50,560 bases of DNA from a virus. Lineage: Duplodnaviria; Caudoviricetes. The stretch spans positions 1 through 50,560 of the IMG/VR virus record IMGVR_UViG_3300021519_000015; one strand, 5' to 3'. Below, piece after piece: positions 36,179-43,857 of the stretch. How positions within the stretch are numbered: the stretch's first letter is position 1; each line of letters opens with the position of its first letter. The notes under the pieces are model-generated. The model was not told the origin of the DNA and did no database searches. It saw nothing but the letters and a program-made list of their open reading frames with translations. The position numbers and the translations under genes were made by a program.

Positions 36179-36346
36179 ATGAGTGCCAAGTACTATATCC
36201 GCGAAAAAACAACTCGCCGCCGCGTCTCTCCGGAGGTTTTTGAGTCCGCCGACAAGGCCAAGGAGGCCGTTTCCAAGATTCTGACCGAGTCCACTGAACC
36301 AACCAAGCCGGAACTGGAAGTCGCCCAGCTTCTGCAGGAGGGTTAA
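36179..36346 (+). CDS. Small protein with L-x-E sites (putative head-associated)
   Basis: Below the track cutoff; manual translation MSAKYYIREKTTRRRVSPEVFESADKAKEAVSKILTESTEPTKPELEVAQLLQEG (55 aa), preceded by CTAGTATT. Confidence 0.65.
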   Translation: MSAKYYIREKTTRRRVSPEVFESADKAKEAVSKILTESTEPTKPELEVAQLLQEG

Positions 36347-36351
36347 AAAAC

Positions 36352-36380
36352 TTGACGGGTAGCGAGCGACTTGCTATGGT
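36352..36380 (+). promoter_or_regulatory. Sigma70-type promoter (leaderless)
   Basis: TTGACG-17-TATGGT; ATG 36388 is 7 nt downstream. Confidence 0.8.
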
Positions 36381-36387
36381 ACGGTCT

Positions 36388-36648
36388 ATGATTACCAAAC
36401 TTGCTTCGTCCTTCCCGGCCTTCCTTCACTTGCAAGATCTTGTCGATGGTGTGGTGGGGCCGTTTGCCTCTCAGCCCGACATTGATGCGCATATTCTCTT
36501 TCTGAATGCGCGCGGCGATGGTGCTGCGCTGTTGGCCGTCCTTGCTGAAAACGACCCATCCGTGGCAAGGCTGCGCACGAGTGGGGCGTTGTTCATGACG
36601 CCCGATGAGGATCGCGCCTTCGACTGTGAAGCGGCACTGGCTGAATGA
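36388..36648 (+). CDS. Hypothetical protein
   Basis: Start set by promoter spacing; ATGA coupling to the next ORF. Confidence 0.7.
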   Translation: MITKLASSFPAFLHLQDLVDGVVGPFASQPDIDAHILFLNARGDGAALLAVLAENDPSVARLRTSGALFMTPDEDRAFDCEAALAE

Positions 36649-37715
36649 TCGCCCGGCCAGCGTGGTACGCCGTGCTGCGCTTATATGGTTGTCCGTGGTC
36701 GGAGCAGACGGCATTCGCAGCCGTACTGCAGCTTGCACCGAACCGCCAGACGGCGATTACGTCATTTGAAGAAGTGCGCGGAAGCCTGCGCGGGTGGGTA
36801 AGGCACTGCCACGAACTCGGTCGCGCAACATGGACGCAGCGTGTTTGCGACGTTATCCTCTCCGCAATGCCGGGATGTCGGCTGCAACCGGTGAGGTACG
36901 CATTGATACATGACGAGCAGGTTTGGCAGAGAGACGAACATTGGGCGTCCATGGAACTGCTCACAGACGGGACGTACTGCGGCGCGAGCGGACGTATTTT
37001 AAAGCGTCTGAACCTATATCATACACTTCGAGATGCCAGGCTGTCGTTCCTTTTGCTTTACCAACTCACCTCAAATATGTCCAACGTCACCCGAATCGGC
37101 TATTACAACCATAACGGCCACCCGGTACTCTTCCCAGTCCGTGGTGCCAGCATCGAACTGATGCCAGGGCAGCCCATCGTTGATCCAAAGGGCAACCTGA
37201 TCCCGCACGACATCGACCTGGAGGCAGAGGTTAAGCTCGGCACCATCAAGCATTGCCTGTCGAACGACAAGCGATTCAACACGTTCAATGGTCGCGCTGC
37301 ACAGGCCGAAACCGTCATCATCTCGTCCAAGCAGTTGGACGGCTTCCCGTCCGGGTTCGATGAGGCTCGCGAAGTTGCATCCCGTGCCCCGCAGAAGCAG
37401 AAGCGGGTGGTCGCTGCGCAGGTTGGCGCTGCCGAATCGCCGAAGGATGTGGTGGTGTCCGACCCCGCTCCGGCCAGCAACGTACTGCCAGCTGCATCCA
37501 CCGTGCTGGTAGAAGACCCGAAGAAGGCCAGCAACGTGCTGCCGCCCGTGGAGGACGTGCAGGAGATTGGCATTGATGACTTCATCACGCAGGGCAAGGC
37601 AGAAGGCAGCATCGCGATGAAGGGCAACAACATCTACGTCTATGACGGTCACGAGTTTAAGAGCAAAAATGCACTGCTAGTGTACGTGCAGAAGCAGCAG
37701 GAGGTGACAGCGTAA
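36645..37715 (+). CDS. Hypothetical; probably two in-frame units with a second start at ATG 37077
   Basis: Composition changes abruptly at MSNVTRIGYYNH. Confidence 0.55.
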   Translation: MIARPAWYAVLRLYGCPWSEQTAFAAVLQLAPNRQTAITSFEEVRGSLRGWVRHCHELGRATWTQRVCDVILSAMPGCRLQPVRYALIHDEQVWQRDEHWASMELLTDGTYCGASGRILKRLNLYHTLRDARLSFLLLYQLTSNMSNVTRIGYYNHNGHPVLFPVRGASIELMPGQPIVDPKGNLIPHDIDLEAEVKLGTIKHCLSNDKRFNTFNGRAAQAETVIISSKQLDGFPSGFDEAREVASRAPQKQKRVVAAQVGAAESPKDVVVSDPAPASNVLPAASTVLVEDPKKASNVLPPVEDVQEIGIDDFITQGKAEGSIAMKGNNIYVYDGHEFKSKNALLVYVQKQQEVTA

Positions 37716-38620
37716 TGGCACTTAAACCGCGAGAAGCCGTCCCAATTGCAGCTAAAGGGTACTGGTTACCATCTGCTGGGATTCCGTACCTTGACGAGTT
37801 TCCAGACTTCCCGGAGGAGATCGAAATCGGCAGTTACACCATTGAGACGGAAGCAGTGCTGGCCAGCAACGGCACGGCGGTGGACAAGTTCCGCTATATC
37901 ATCGGTCGCGTGGCCAAGCTTCCAAAGGGGTTCCCGGTGGAGAAGCTGATCATTGCCGACGAGATGGCCATCATTGCCATTGCCCGTGGGCAGACATACG
38001 GTGAAGTTTACCAGTTTTCTGCAACATGTCCGTCCTGCGGCCATCAAAGTATCGTGTCCTGCCGCGTGCCGGAGGAGCTGCCGGTTAAACGTTGGGATCG
38101 CAATAATCGACCGCCAATGTCCGTGACGCTGCCGGTTTCCAAGGATGTGATAGTTACACGCATGCTCCGCATTGACGATGAAGTGCGCACTTCCAAATGG
38201 CTGAACAGCATCAAAAGCCTCAACCCCAACCAACCGCAGGATACGATCTCGTACATCCGAGACAAGGCGCTGCAGATTGTTAGCGTCAATGGTGGGGTGG
38301 CCGACACGGTAGAAGAAGCGGAAGAGTACCTTCGCATCCTGCCGGGTCCGGACATGATAGCGCTACAGGAGCACCTGACCAACTCAGCGTGCGGTATTCG
38401 TTACGAGTACACCATCACCTGCGAGAAGTGCGCCCACGTCTTCGAACGTGTATTCCCAATCCAGAACGACTTTTTTCGTCGCAACCGCCCAGGATGGGCG
38501 AACGCCAACATCGGAGATGCTCGACCAGCACCTGGAACACCTGAAAATGGTGGGACAACTGGTGCAGCACGCGAATCACGTCCGGTCGGACCTGTTCCAG
38601 GAACCAATCCAGCGGGTTAG
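37715..38620 (+). CDS. Baseplate hub assembly protein, T4 gp26-like
   Basis: L..AD..AI...ARG.TYGE.Y.....CPSCG, VTLPVSK.....R.LR..DE, CEKC.....FP...DFFR. Confidence 0.75.
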   Translation: MALKPREAVPIAAKGYWLPSAGIPYLDEFPDFPEEIEIGSYTIETEAVLASNGTAVDKFRYIIGRVAKLPKGFPVEKLIIADEMAIIAIARGQTYGEVYQFSATCPSCGHQSIVSCRVPEELPVKRWDRNNRPPMSVTLPVSKDVIVTRMLRIDDEVRTSKWLNSIKSLNPNQPQDTISYIRDKALQIVSVNGGVADTVEEAEEYLRILPGPDMIALQEHLTNSACGIRYEYTITCEKCAHVFERVFPIQNDFFRRNRPGWANANIGDARPAPGTPENGGTTGAARESRPVGPVPGTNPAG

Positions 38621-38678
38621 GTTCTGGTACAACCAGTGGGCGGAGTTCATTCGCAAGCGCAATGCGAACATGAAGTAA
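38448..38678 (+). CDS. Baseplate hub assembly catalyst, gp51-like (possible frameshift extension; alternative ATG 38517)
   Basis: Overlaps the gp26-like 3' end in +1 frame; LVQHA...SDL...PI.R.RFW...pattern. Confidence 0.55.
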   Translation: MYSQSRTTFFVATAQDGRTPTSEMLDQHLEHLKMVGQLVQHANHVRSDLFQEPIQRVRFWYNQWAEFIRKRNANMK

Positions 38679-38679
38679 C

Positions 38680-38708
38680 TTGACAGGCGTTCGTGTCTGT
38701 GCTAACGT
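38680..38708 (+). promoter_or_regulatory. Sigma70-type promoter (leaderless)
   Basis: TTGACA-17-TAACGT; ATG 38715 is 6 nt downstream. Confidence 0.85.
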
Positions 38709-38714
38709 CTACAC

Positions 38715-39410
38715 ATGATCAAATCAAGTCCCAAGACGCTAGCAGCACATGCATATGAACTTGCCGGAATGGGTACCGGCCCGTATTCCTTCTGTGGCAT
38801 CGTAGAGATGCCGAACCTGTCGGAGAATTCGGCGACCAGCTTCGGCAGCGCGAACCCATACGCAGAGGTTCAGGCGCTGAAGCTGAAGGCCGGAGCTGGG
38901 ACCTGTGCCTGTTGCGGCATGGCTATCACCGTTATCTGCGTCGTGCGCGATGGTGCGGGAGACCGCTGGGGCGTTGGCAGCGACTGTATTGAGAAGATTG
39001 GCGATGCCGCCCTATGCAGTACTGCTAAGGTGGCGGTTGCCAAGCGCCGTGCAAAGATGGTGCGCAGTCGGAACGCGGTCAAGCGTGAAGCGCAGCGACA
39101 GACCTGGCTCGATCAACCGAGCACGCACACACGGGCACAAGCCGGGGAGACAAACCGCCAGTTCAACGCACGCAGGGACGAGGAGATGCAGGAGGCTATC
39201 ATGATGCGAACAACAGCTGCGCAGGCACGCGAGTTAATGCTTGCGGACGTGCTATCAGTGCTGGACGGCGGCACCGAGTTCTTCCGGTCTTTGGCGGCGC
39301 AGCTTCGCCATGGATCGCTCTCTGAACGGCAAGCTAGGTGCGCGATCAAGTGCTTCCCGATTGCCAGCCGGGACATGATCTTTACGCGCCTGCTTGAAGG
39401 GGCCAAGTGA
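38715..39410 (+). CDS. Conserved phage hypothetical protein with Cys cluster
   Basis: GTCACCG..I...C......VGSDCI; C-terminal FFRSLAAQL..GSLSERQ. Confidence 0.75.
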   Translation: MIKSSPKTLAAHAYELAGMGTGPYSFCGIVEMPNLSENSATSFGSANPYAEVQALKLKAGAGTCACCGMAITVICVVRDGAGDRWGVGSDCIEKIGDAALCSTAKVAVAKRRAKMVRSRNAVKREAQRQTWLDQPSTHTRAQAGETNRQFNARRDEEMQEAIMMRTTAAQARELMLADVLSVLDGGTEFFRSLAAQLRHGSLSERQARCAIKCFPIASRDMIFTRLLEGAK

Positions 39411-39661
39411 GCCGCACCATTGTCAAGGCCGCATGCACGGGTACCGGTGCATCTAGCGTTCCTTGCTGCATGACTGAAAAGCCACGACCCAAGGAACAAC
39501 CGCCAACCTGTCCGCAGTGTGGCAACCAGGATGTGCAACCAGATCCGCACTTTGCAAACGCCCCAGTGCCGAGATACCTGTGTGAGACGTGCAATCGCAC
39601 CTTTGCACCTGGCGATGCTCCGGTCAGCCGGTGGGTTGGTGGTGGCGTGCAGCAGAAATAA
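39407..39661 (+). CDS. Small zinc-ribbon protein
   Basis: CPQCG...RYLCETCNRTF. Confidence 0.6.
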   Translation: MSRTIVKAACTGTGASSVPCCMTEKPRPKEQPPTCPQCGNQDVQPDPHFANAPVPRYLCETCNRTFAPGDAPVSRWVGGGVQQK

Positions 39662-39666
39662 AGACA

Positions 39667-39691
39667 GCGCCGGGACGCGGGCTCCCGGCGC
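39667..39691. terminator. Hairpin between convergent genes
   Basis: GCGCCGGGA-7 nt-TCCCGGCGC. Confidence 0.55.
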
Positions 39692-39706
39692 AGTTCGCAT
39701 ACCCAA

Positions 39707-39982
39707 CTAAGCGACTGGCGTCTTGATGACGTGCTTGTTCACGAGACCGGGGAGCTGCATCATGCCGACGACGTCTCCGCTGCCAAACACGGCTGCCAGC
39801 ACCGCATCCGGGTGGATTTCAGACTTCTTTGCGGGGTTTTGCAGGCCGTTGGACTTGATGTACTCCCATAGCCGTTTGGTAAGCTCGGCTCGCGTAATTG
39901 GCTCGGAGCCAACCACTTTCTGCAATTCGGGAGACGTGGTGACGGTAGCGCTAAACGCGGATGGTTTCTTTGGTGTGCTCAT
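39707..39982 (-). CDS. SWIB/MDM2-domain protein
   Basis: SPEL..VVG.....R.E.TK.LWEYIK..GLQNP..K..I..D..L..VFG....V.M..L...VNKH. Confidence 0.92.
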   Translation of the reverse strand: MSTPKKPSAFSATVTTSPELQKVVGSEPITRAELTKRLWEYIKSNGLQNPAKKSEIHPDAVLAAVFGSGDVVGMMQLPGLVNKHVIKTPVA

Positions 39983-40036
39983 AACACGGAAGAACGCTGT
40001 GCAGATGCTGATACTGAGCCTACATTCCTTTGACTC

Positions 40037-40615
40037 ATGTTATACCCCGGCCTTGCCAAAATTTCCGGAAGGTCTACGGACTTCAAGGAGACAAACGACT
40101 TCTTTCCAACCGACCCGGTAGCCACGCTCAAGCTGCTGGCCGTGGAACGGTTCACAGGAGGTATCTTTGACCCATGCGCCGGGGACGGTGCCATTCTGCG
40201 GGTGTTTGTAACCCATGGGTTCACTACCACTGGCGCAGATATTCGTGACTACGGCGGTGGTTACCCAATTGCCAACTTTCTCGAGTACCCGGACGACCAC
40301 GCTGTTGATAATGTCGTTACCAACCCGCCGTATGCGCTGTTTGATGCCTTTCTATCCAAGGCCCTCAGGATCGCCCGGCGCAAGGTTGTCTTCTTGTATT
40401 CATTGCAAAACTTGGGGCAGCTGCGCCGCTCCCGCCAATGGACAGGGGCAGGCGGGGTGCGCCCCAACTCCATTCGGGTGCTGACACCGTGCATCAAGGT
40501 GAACGGTAAGCGTAGTTCTTGGAGCCATTGCTGGATCAGCTTTGACAAAGAGAACCCAGCTACCAAAACTGAATTTGACTGGCTGCTACCAGAGTTACTC
40601 GATCCCAAGCCCTAA
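40037..40615 (+). CDS. Short N6-adenine DNA methyltransferase-like protein
   Basis: DFFPT, IFDPCAGDGAI, DI.DYG, VVTNPPY. Confidence 0.88.
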   Translation: MLYPGLAKISGRSTDFKETNDFFPTDPVATLKLLAVERFTGGIFDPCAGDGAILRVFVTHGFTTTGADIRDYGGGYPIANFLEYPDDHAVDNVVTNPPYALFDAFLSKALRIARRKVVFLYSLQNLGQLRRSRQWTGAGGVRPNSIRVLTPCIKVNGKRSSWSHCWISFDKENPATKTEFDWLLPELLDPKP

Positions 40616-40623
40616 TTATCACT

Positions 40624-41241
40624 ATGCAACGCATGCCTCAGGATCTCGCCGATGACACATTTCCGCCTGATAAGCCGCCACTCCACGGAGAGGTGCTCGT
40701 TCGCGCCTTCCACCGTGATGGCTCACCCGCCATCGTCCCATTCGTGGATAACGGTGGTAGCTTCCTGCCGCGCCCATCCAAGGAGGAACCGGGGTACATC
40801 GTCTGCGGCGACAACCTCGTGGTGGACGGTGGCAGGCAAATCATTGCTAACCTGCTCGGCGGGCGCGGGTACAGTGATGTTACACCGGTCATCGACTGGA
40901 TTATATCTAAGATCAGCTTTGGTACCGGCGACCAAGTGGCAAGATACACGGATGTTACGCTGTCTCCGCAGCCGGACGTTGGTCTTGGATTGGTAGGTGG
41001 AGAAAACGAAATCGAAATCACAACCGGGGTCTACAAGAAGCTGATAAACTCCGTCGACTTTCCGCAGCCGTTCATCGTTCGCTTCGAGTGCATACTGCTA
41101 CCGGACGAGGCCAATGGTGTTCTTATTCGAGAGCTGGGCCTCTGGAGCGGTAACAACACCTTGGCATGCAGAAAGGTAATCGTGCCCGTGTCGAAAACGG
41201 CAGATATCGGGTTGTCGTACCTTTGGCGCTTACGGTCTTAG
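40624..41241 (+). CDS. Virion structural protein (tail/baseplate-associated)
   Basis: NLVVDGGR..IA.LLGG, I..ISFGTG, EANG..IRELGL, K....KT.......W pattern of myovirus tail-collar/baseplate proteins. Confidence 0.65.
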   Translation: MQRMPQDLADDTFPPDKPPLHGEVLVRAFHRDGSPAIVPFVDNGGSFLPRPSKEEPGYIVCGDNLVVDGGRQIIANLLGGRGYSDVTPVIDWIISKISFGTGDQVARYTDVTLSPQPDVGLGLVGGENEIEITTGVYKKLINSVDFPQPFIVRFECILLPDEANGVLIRELGLWSGNNTLACRKVIVPVSKTADIGLSYLWRLRS

Positions 41242-41269
41242 AAATATCTCCAATAGGCTGATTATCCGC

Positions 41270-42298
41270 ATGAGAAGATGGAGAACAATCACTGACGTCG
41301 AAATCGTTGACAGTACCAAGGCATTTAAAACTCGCAATGCTTGGAGGTGTGGCGACTATAGCACATACACGCAGGTTCATCAGAAACGACCGCATCTTCT
41401 TCCCGCCTGCACCGCCCACATGGGTCTGCCGGATGGCCCGGTCCTGCGAGGTTACCAGGTGTACTGCTACGAGTTTGAGGACAACACGGCTTATGTTGGC
41501 CTCACGTGCACGCCGCAGACACGCCACGTCGCGCACACCAAGGCCGGTCCTGTGGCCGCGAAGGTCAAGGCAGGCGTGTCACATCGCCTTTGCACCATTT
41601 CCGATTACCTTCCGGCGTCCGTTGCCTCTGCGCTCGAACCCATCATTGTCGGAGTCTGGCAGAACATGGGGTGGCAGATGCTCAATGCACAACGCGGTGG
41701 GTCGCTTGGCATGTCGCGATTCACGCACACTTTTGAGCGATCATTGGCGGCAGCACGGCGGTGCGAAACACGCAAGGACTTCGCCACCCGGTTTTACCTG
41801 GAGTACTTCTTCGCTTGCAAGTACAAGTGGATTGGTCGCATTGCCGCAGATCGTGGGTGGCCCAAGCATGCACTAGCTCGCTGGTCTTATGAGACATGCC
41901 TCTCATCCGCCCGCCGATTTAAACTCATGATCGAGTGGGTGGAAGGCGACAAGCTTGCATACGGTGCGGCCTTTGATCGTGGATGGCTTGCGCAGATTCG
42001 TTCCGAGTGTTTCGGACCCCAGCGCGTCTACAGTCGCAAACCCGCCAAGTGGACTGCTGAGTCATGTCAGGCTCGCGCCCAGATGTTTAAGAGCCGTGCG
42101 GACTGGCAGGTGAACTGCCATGATGGGTCGTGGACGACCGCACGCCGCAAAGGCTGGCTCCCGGAGATTGGTAAAGCCGTATTTGGTACGCCGTTATCGT
42201 TGCAGCGTATGTCTCCAGATGAAGCAGAAGCTGCCAAGGCGCGCAAGCGCCGCCTGCGCAAGGAACGGGACGCCCGAAACCATCTTGTGGTAGCCTAA
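41270..42298 (+). CDS. GIY-YIG-like homing endonuclease with repeated helical DNA-binding modules
   Basis: VYCYEF....AYVGLT...R...H, E, LN...GGSLG; repeats W..E.C...A...W.....A...GWL. Confidence 0.7.
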   Translation: MRRWRTITDVEIVDSTKAFKTRNAWRCGDYSTYTQVHQKRPHLLPACTAHMGLPDGPVLRGYQVYCYEFEDNTAYVGLTCTPQTRHVAHTKAGPVAAKVKAGVSHRLCTISDYLPASVASALEPIIVGVWQNMGWQMLNAQRGGSLGMSRFTHTFERSLAAARRCETRKDFATRFYLEYFFACKYKWIGRIAADRGWPKHALARWSYETCLSSARRFKLMIEWVEGDKLAYGAAFDRGWLAQIRSECFGPQRVYSRKPAKWTAESCQARAQMFKSRADWQVNCHDGSWTTARRKGWLPEIGKAVFGTPLSLQRMSPDEAEAAKARKRRLRKERDARNHLVVA

Positions 42299-42326
42299 GG
42301 AGTTAGGTTGGAGACTAGTTACCTTC

Positions 42327-42806
42327 ATGAGACCAACACAGTTTACTCGCTTGACAGAAGAAGCGAATGAGGCAAACATGCACAACACGACATGGGATGC
42401 TGCGGTAACAAAGGCCGAAGCCGAGGGTGAAGCGTCCGGAGACGGTGACAATCACCCATTCATGCTGATCATCGACTTTATCGCCGAGTTGTACAACGGT
42501 GGGGTAAGGCAGTACATCGATCACGGTCGATCTAAGAACTGGGGTCAGGTAATGGCGGAGCTGCGGTACAACTTCACTGACCCAAAGGCACGGGAGTTAG
42601 CCGACGTTATGCGCAAAGCACAGCCTGCCGTAGATGGTGCACGTCGAGCAAGTGCAGCAGCGTCTAAGGCGAGTCAGGAGGGTAATTATGACAGCGAGGA
42701 TGAAGACCCATATGCGCGGTTTACGCAGGTGTTTGATACCGTCGAGGACTGGATATACAATAATGCAAACACTGGTCCAATTCTGACGGAATTGGCGAGC
42801 AAGTAG
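42327..42806 (+). CDS. DMP19/DUF4375-like acidic protein with shared leader
   Basis: MRPTQFTRLTE; ELYNGGVRQYI matches the E..NGG..QY signature. Confidence 0.6.
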   Translation: MRPTQFTRLTEEANEANMHNTTWDAAVTKAEAEGEASGDGDNHPFMLIIDFIAELYNGGVRQYIDHGRSKNWGQVMAELRYNFTDPKARELADVMRKAQPAVDGARRASAAASKASQEGNYDSEDEDPYARFTQVFDTVEDWIYNNANTGPILTELASK

Positions 42807-42845
42807 CATTACCGTTCTTGTGGTAGCCTAGCATTCCTCCAGTCA

Positions 42846-43214
42846 ATGAGACGTATTACTAACCTTACACGGCAGCTGCTACCAATGTCCATACGCGGAA
42901 CGGACGGTAAGATGCAACATATTGCGATTCCTGTTTCCACTACGAGTGGTGTCGGCCACGTCGACATTGCGGACGAACCGGCGGACCTTGGCCCGGAAGC
43001 CACCCGTCATCACACGGCACGACGCATCAGTATCGTACGGTTAGCTGGTGTATCACTGGCCGAGCCCATTATTCAACAACCTGCGCAGGTTGAGGATGTC
43101 AAAGCCGTTGTTGTACTGCCAGACGAACAGGTTTTGCCGAGGGACGGGCGCGGGGACAAGACGCGGTTTGAAGATCGGGATAGGGACAAGGGAAAAGGCA
43201 AGCGCCAGGAATGA
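42846..43214 (+). CDS. Hypothetical protein
   Basis: 122 aa, coupled to the next gene. Confidence 0.65.
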   Translation: MRRITNLTRQLLPMSIRGTDGKMQHIAIPVSTTSGVGHVDIADEPADLGPEATRHHTARRISIVRLAGVSLAEPIIQQPAQVEDVKAVVVLPDEQVLPRDGRGDKTRFEDRDRDKGKGKRQE

Positions 43215-43759
43215 AGCCATCCAGATTCCAAAGGCTCCTCGAAGCTTCGTCTCCGCTACCATGCACAGATGATGAGGTGTTATTCGGCCATACCGCAAAG
43301 TACGCTTATTGGCAGATAGCAATCGGAATCAAGGCCGGGGACAAATATTGGCGTGATTACGACCGCGACGTGAAATCCGGAGCAATCCCCGAATTCCCGC
43401 GCCCCACCTACACCGCCGTATACAAGGAGCGCGGGCACATTCTCATTGAACTACGCCACTCCAAATGGTATGTTACGGACGTTCGCGCGTTTGAACGCGG
43501 GTACGGTCCGCTGCTGTACGATATCGCGATGGAGTATGCGACAATGCATGGTTCAGGGCTAAACCCACACGCTGCCATGGGGTTGTTTAACGCACATACG
43601 ACGCCGGAGGCAGAAAGAATCTGGCAGTATTACCGAACGAACAGACCAGACGTTCGCCAGGGCGATACTGGATTTTCCAAAGATGCCGTTATCCTCCCGG
43701 CGTTGCAGCAGGCAGGTCTGATCATACCAGCACCATTCAACCAAAACTGGCTGTCATAG
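43211..43759 (+). CDS. GNAT-like protein with shared leader
   Basis: MKPSRFQRLLE; V.....RGYGPLLYDIAME, T.EA..IW.YY..R.DV. Confidence 0.6.
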   Translation: MKPSRFQRLLEASSPLPCTDDEVLFGHTAKYAYWQIAIGIKAGDKYWRDYDRDVKSGAIPEFPRPTYTAVYKERGHILIELRHSKWYVTDVRAFERGYGPLLYDIAMEYATMHGSGLNPHAAMGLFNAHTTPEAERIWQYYRTNRPDVRQGDTGFSKDAVILPALQQAGLIIPAPFNQNWLS

Positions 43760-43857
43760 GGATCGATGTTGCGCAGCACCGCTTGGTTATGGAGTCCGTT
43801 GTCGGTCGCACCTTAGCGCTGATGCCCGTCGACGAACTTCGCGCACTTACAAAGATT

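Noticed and set aside
39407-39661. IS1 InsA-like transposase fragment
   Set aside because: Only a generic zinc ribbon is present; there is no InsB/DDE gene and no terminal inverted repeats.
10358-40615. Restriction-modification systems
   Set aside because: No recognisable restriction endonuclease next to any methyltransferase.
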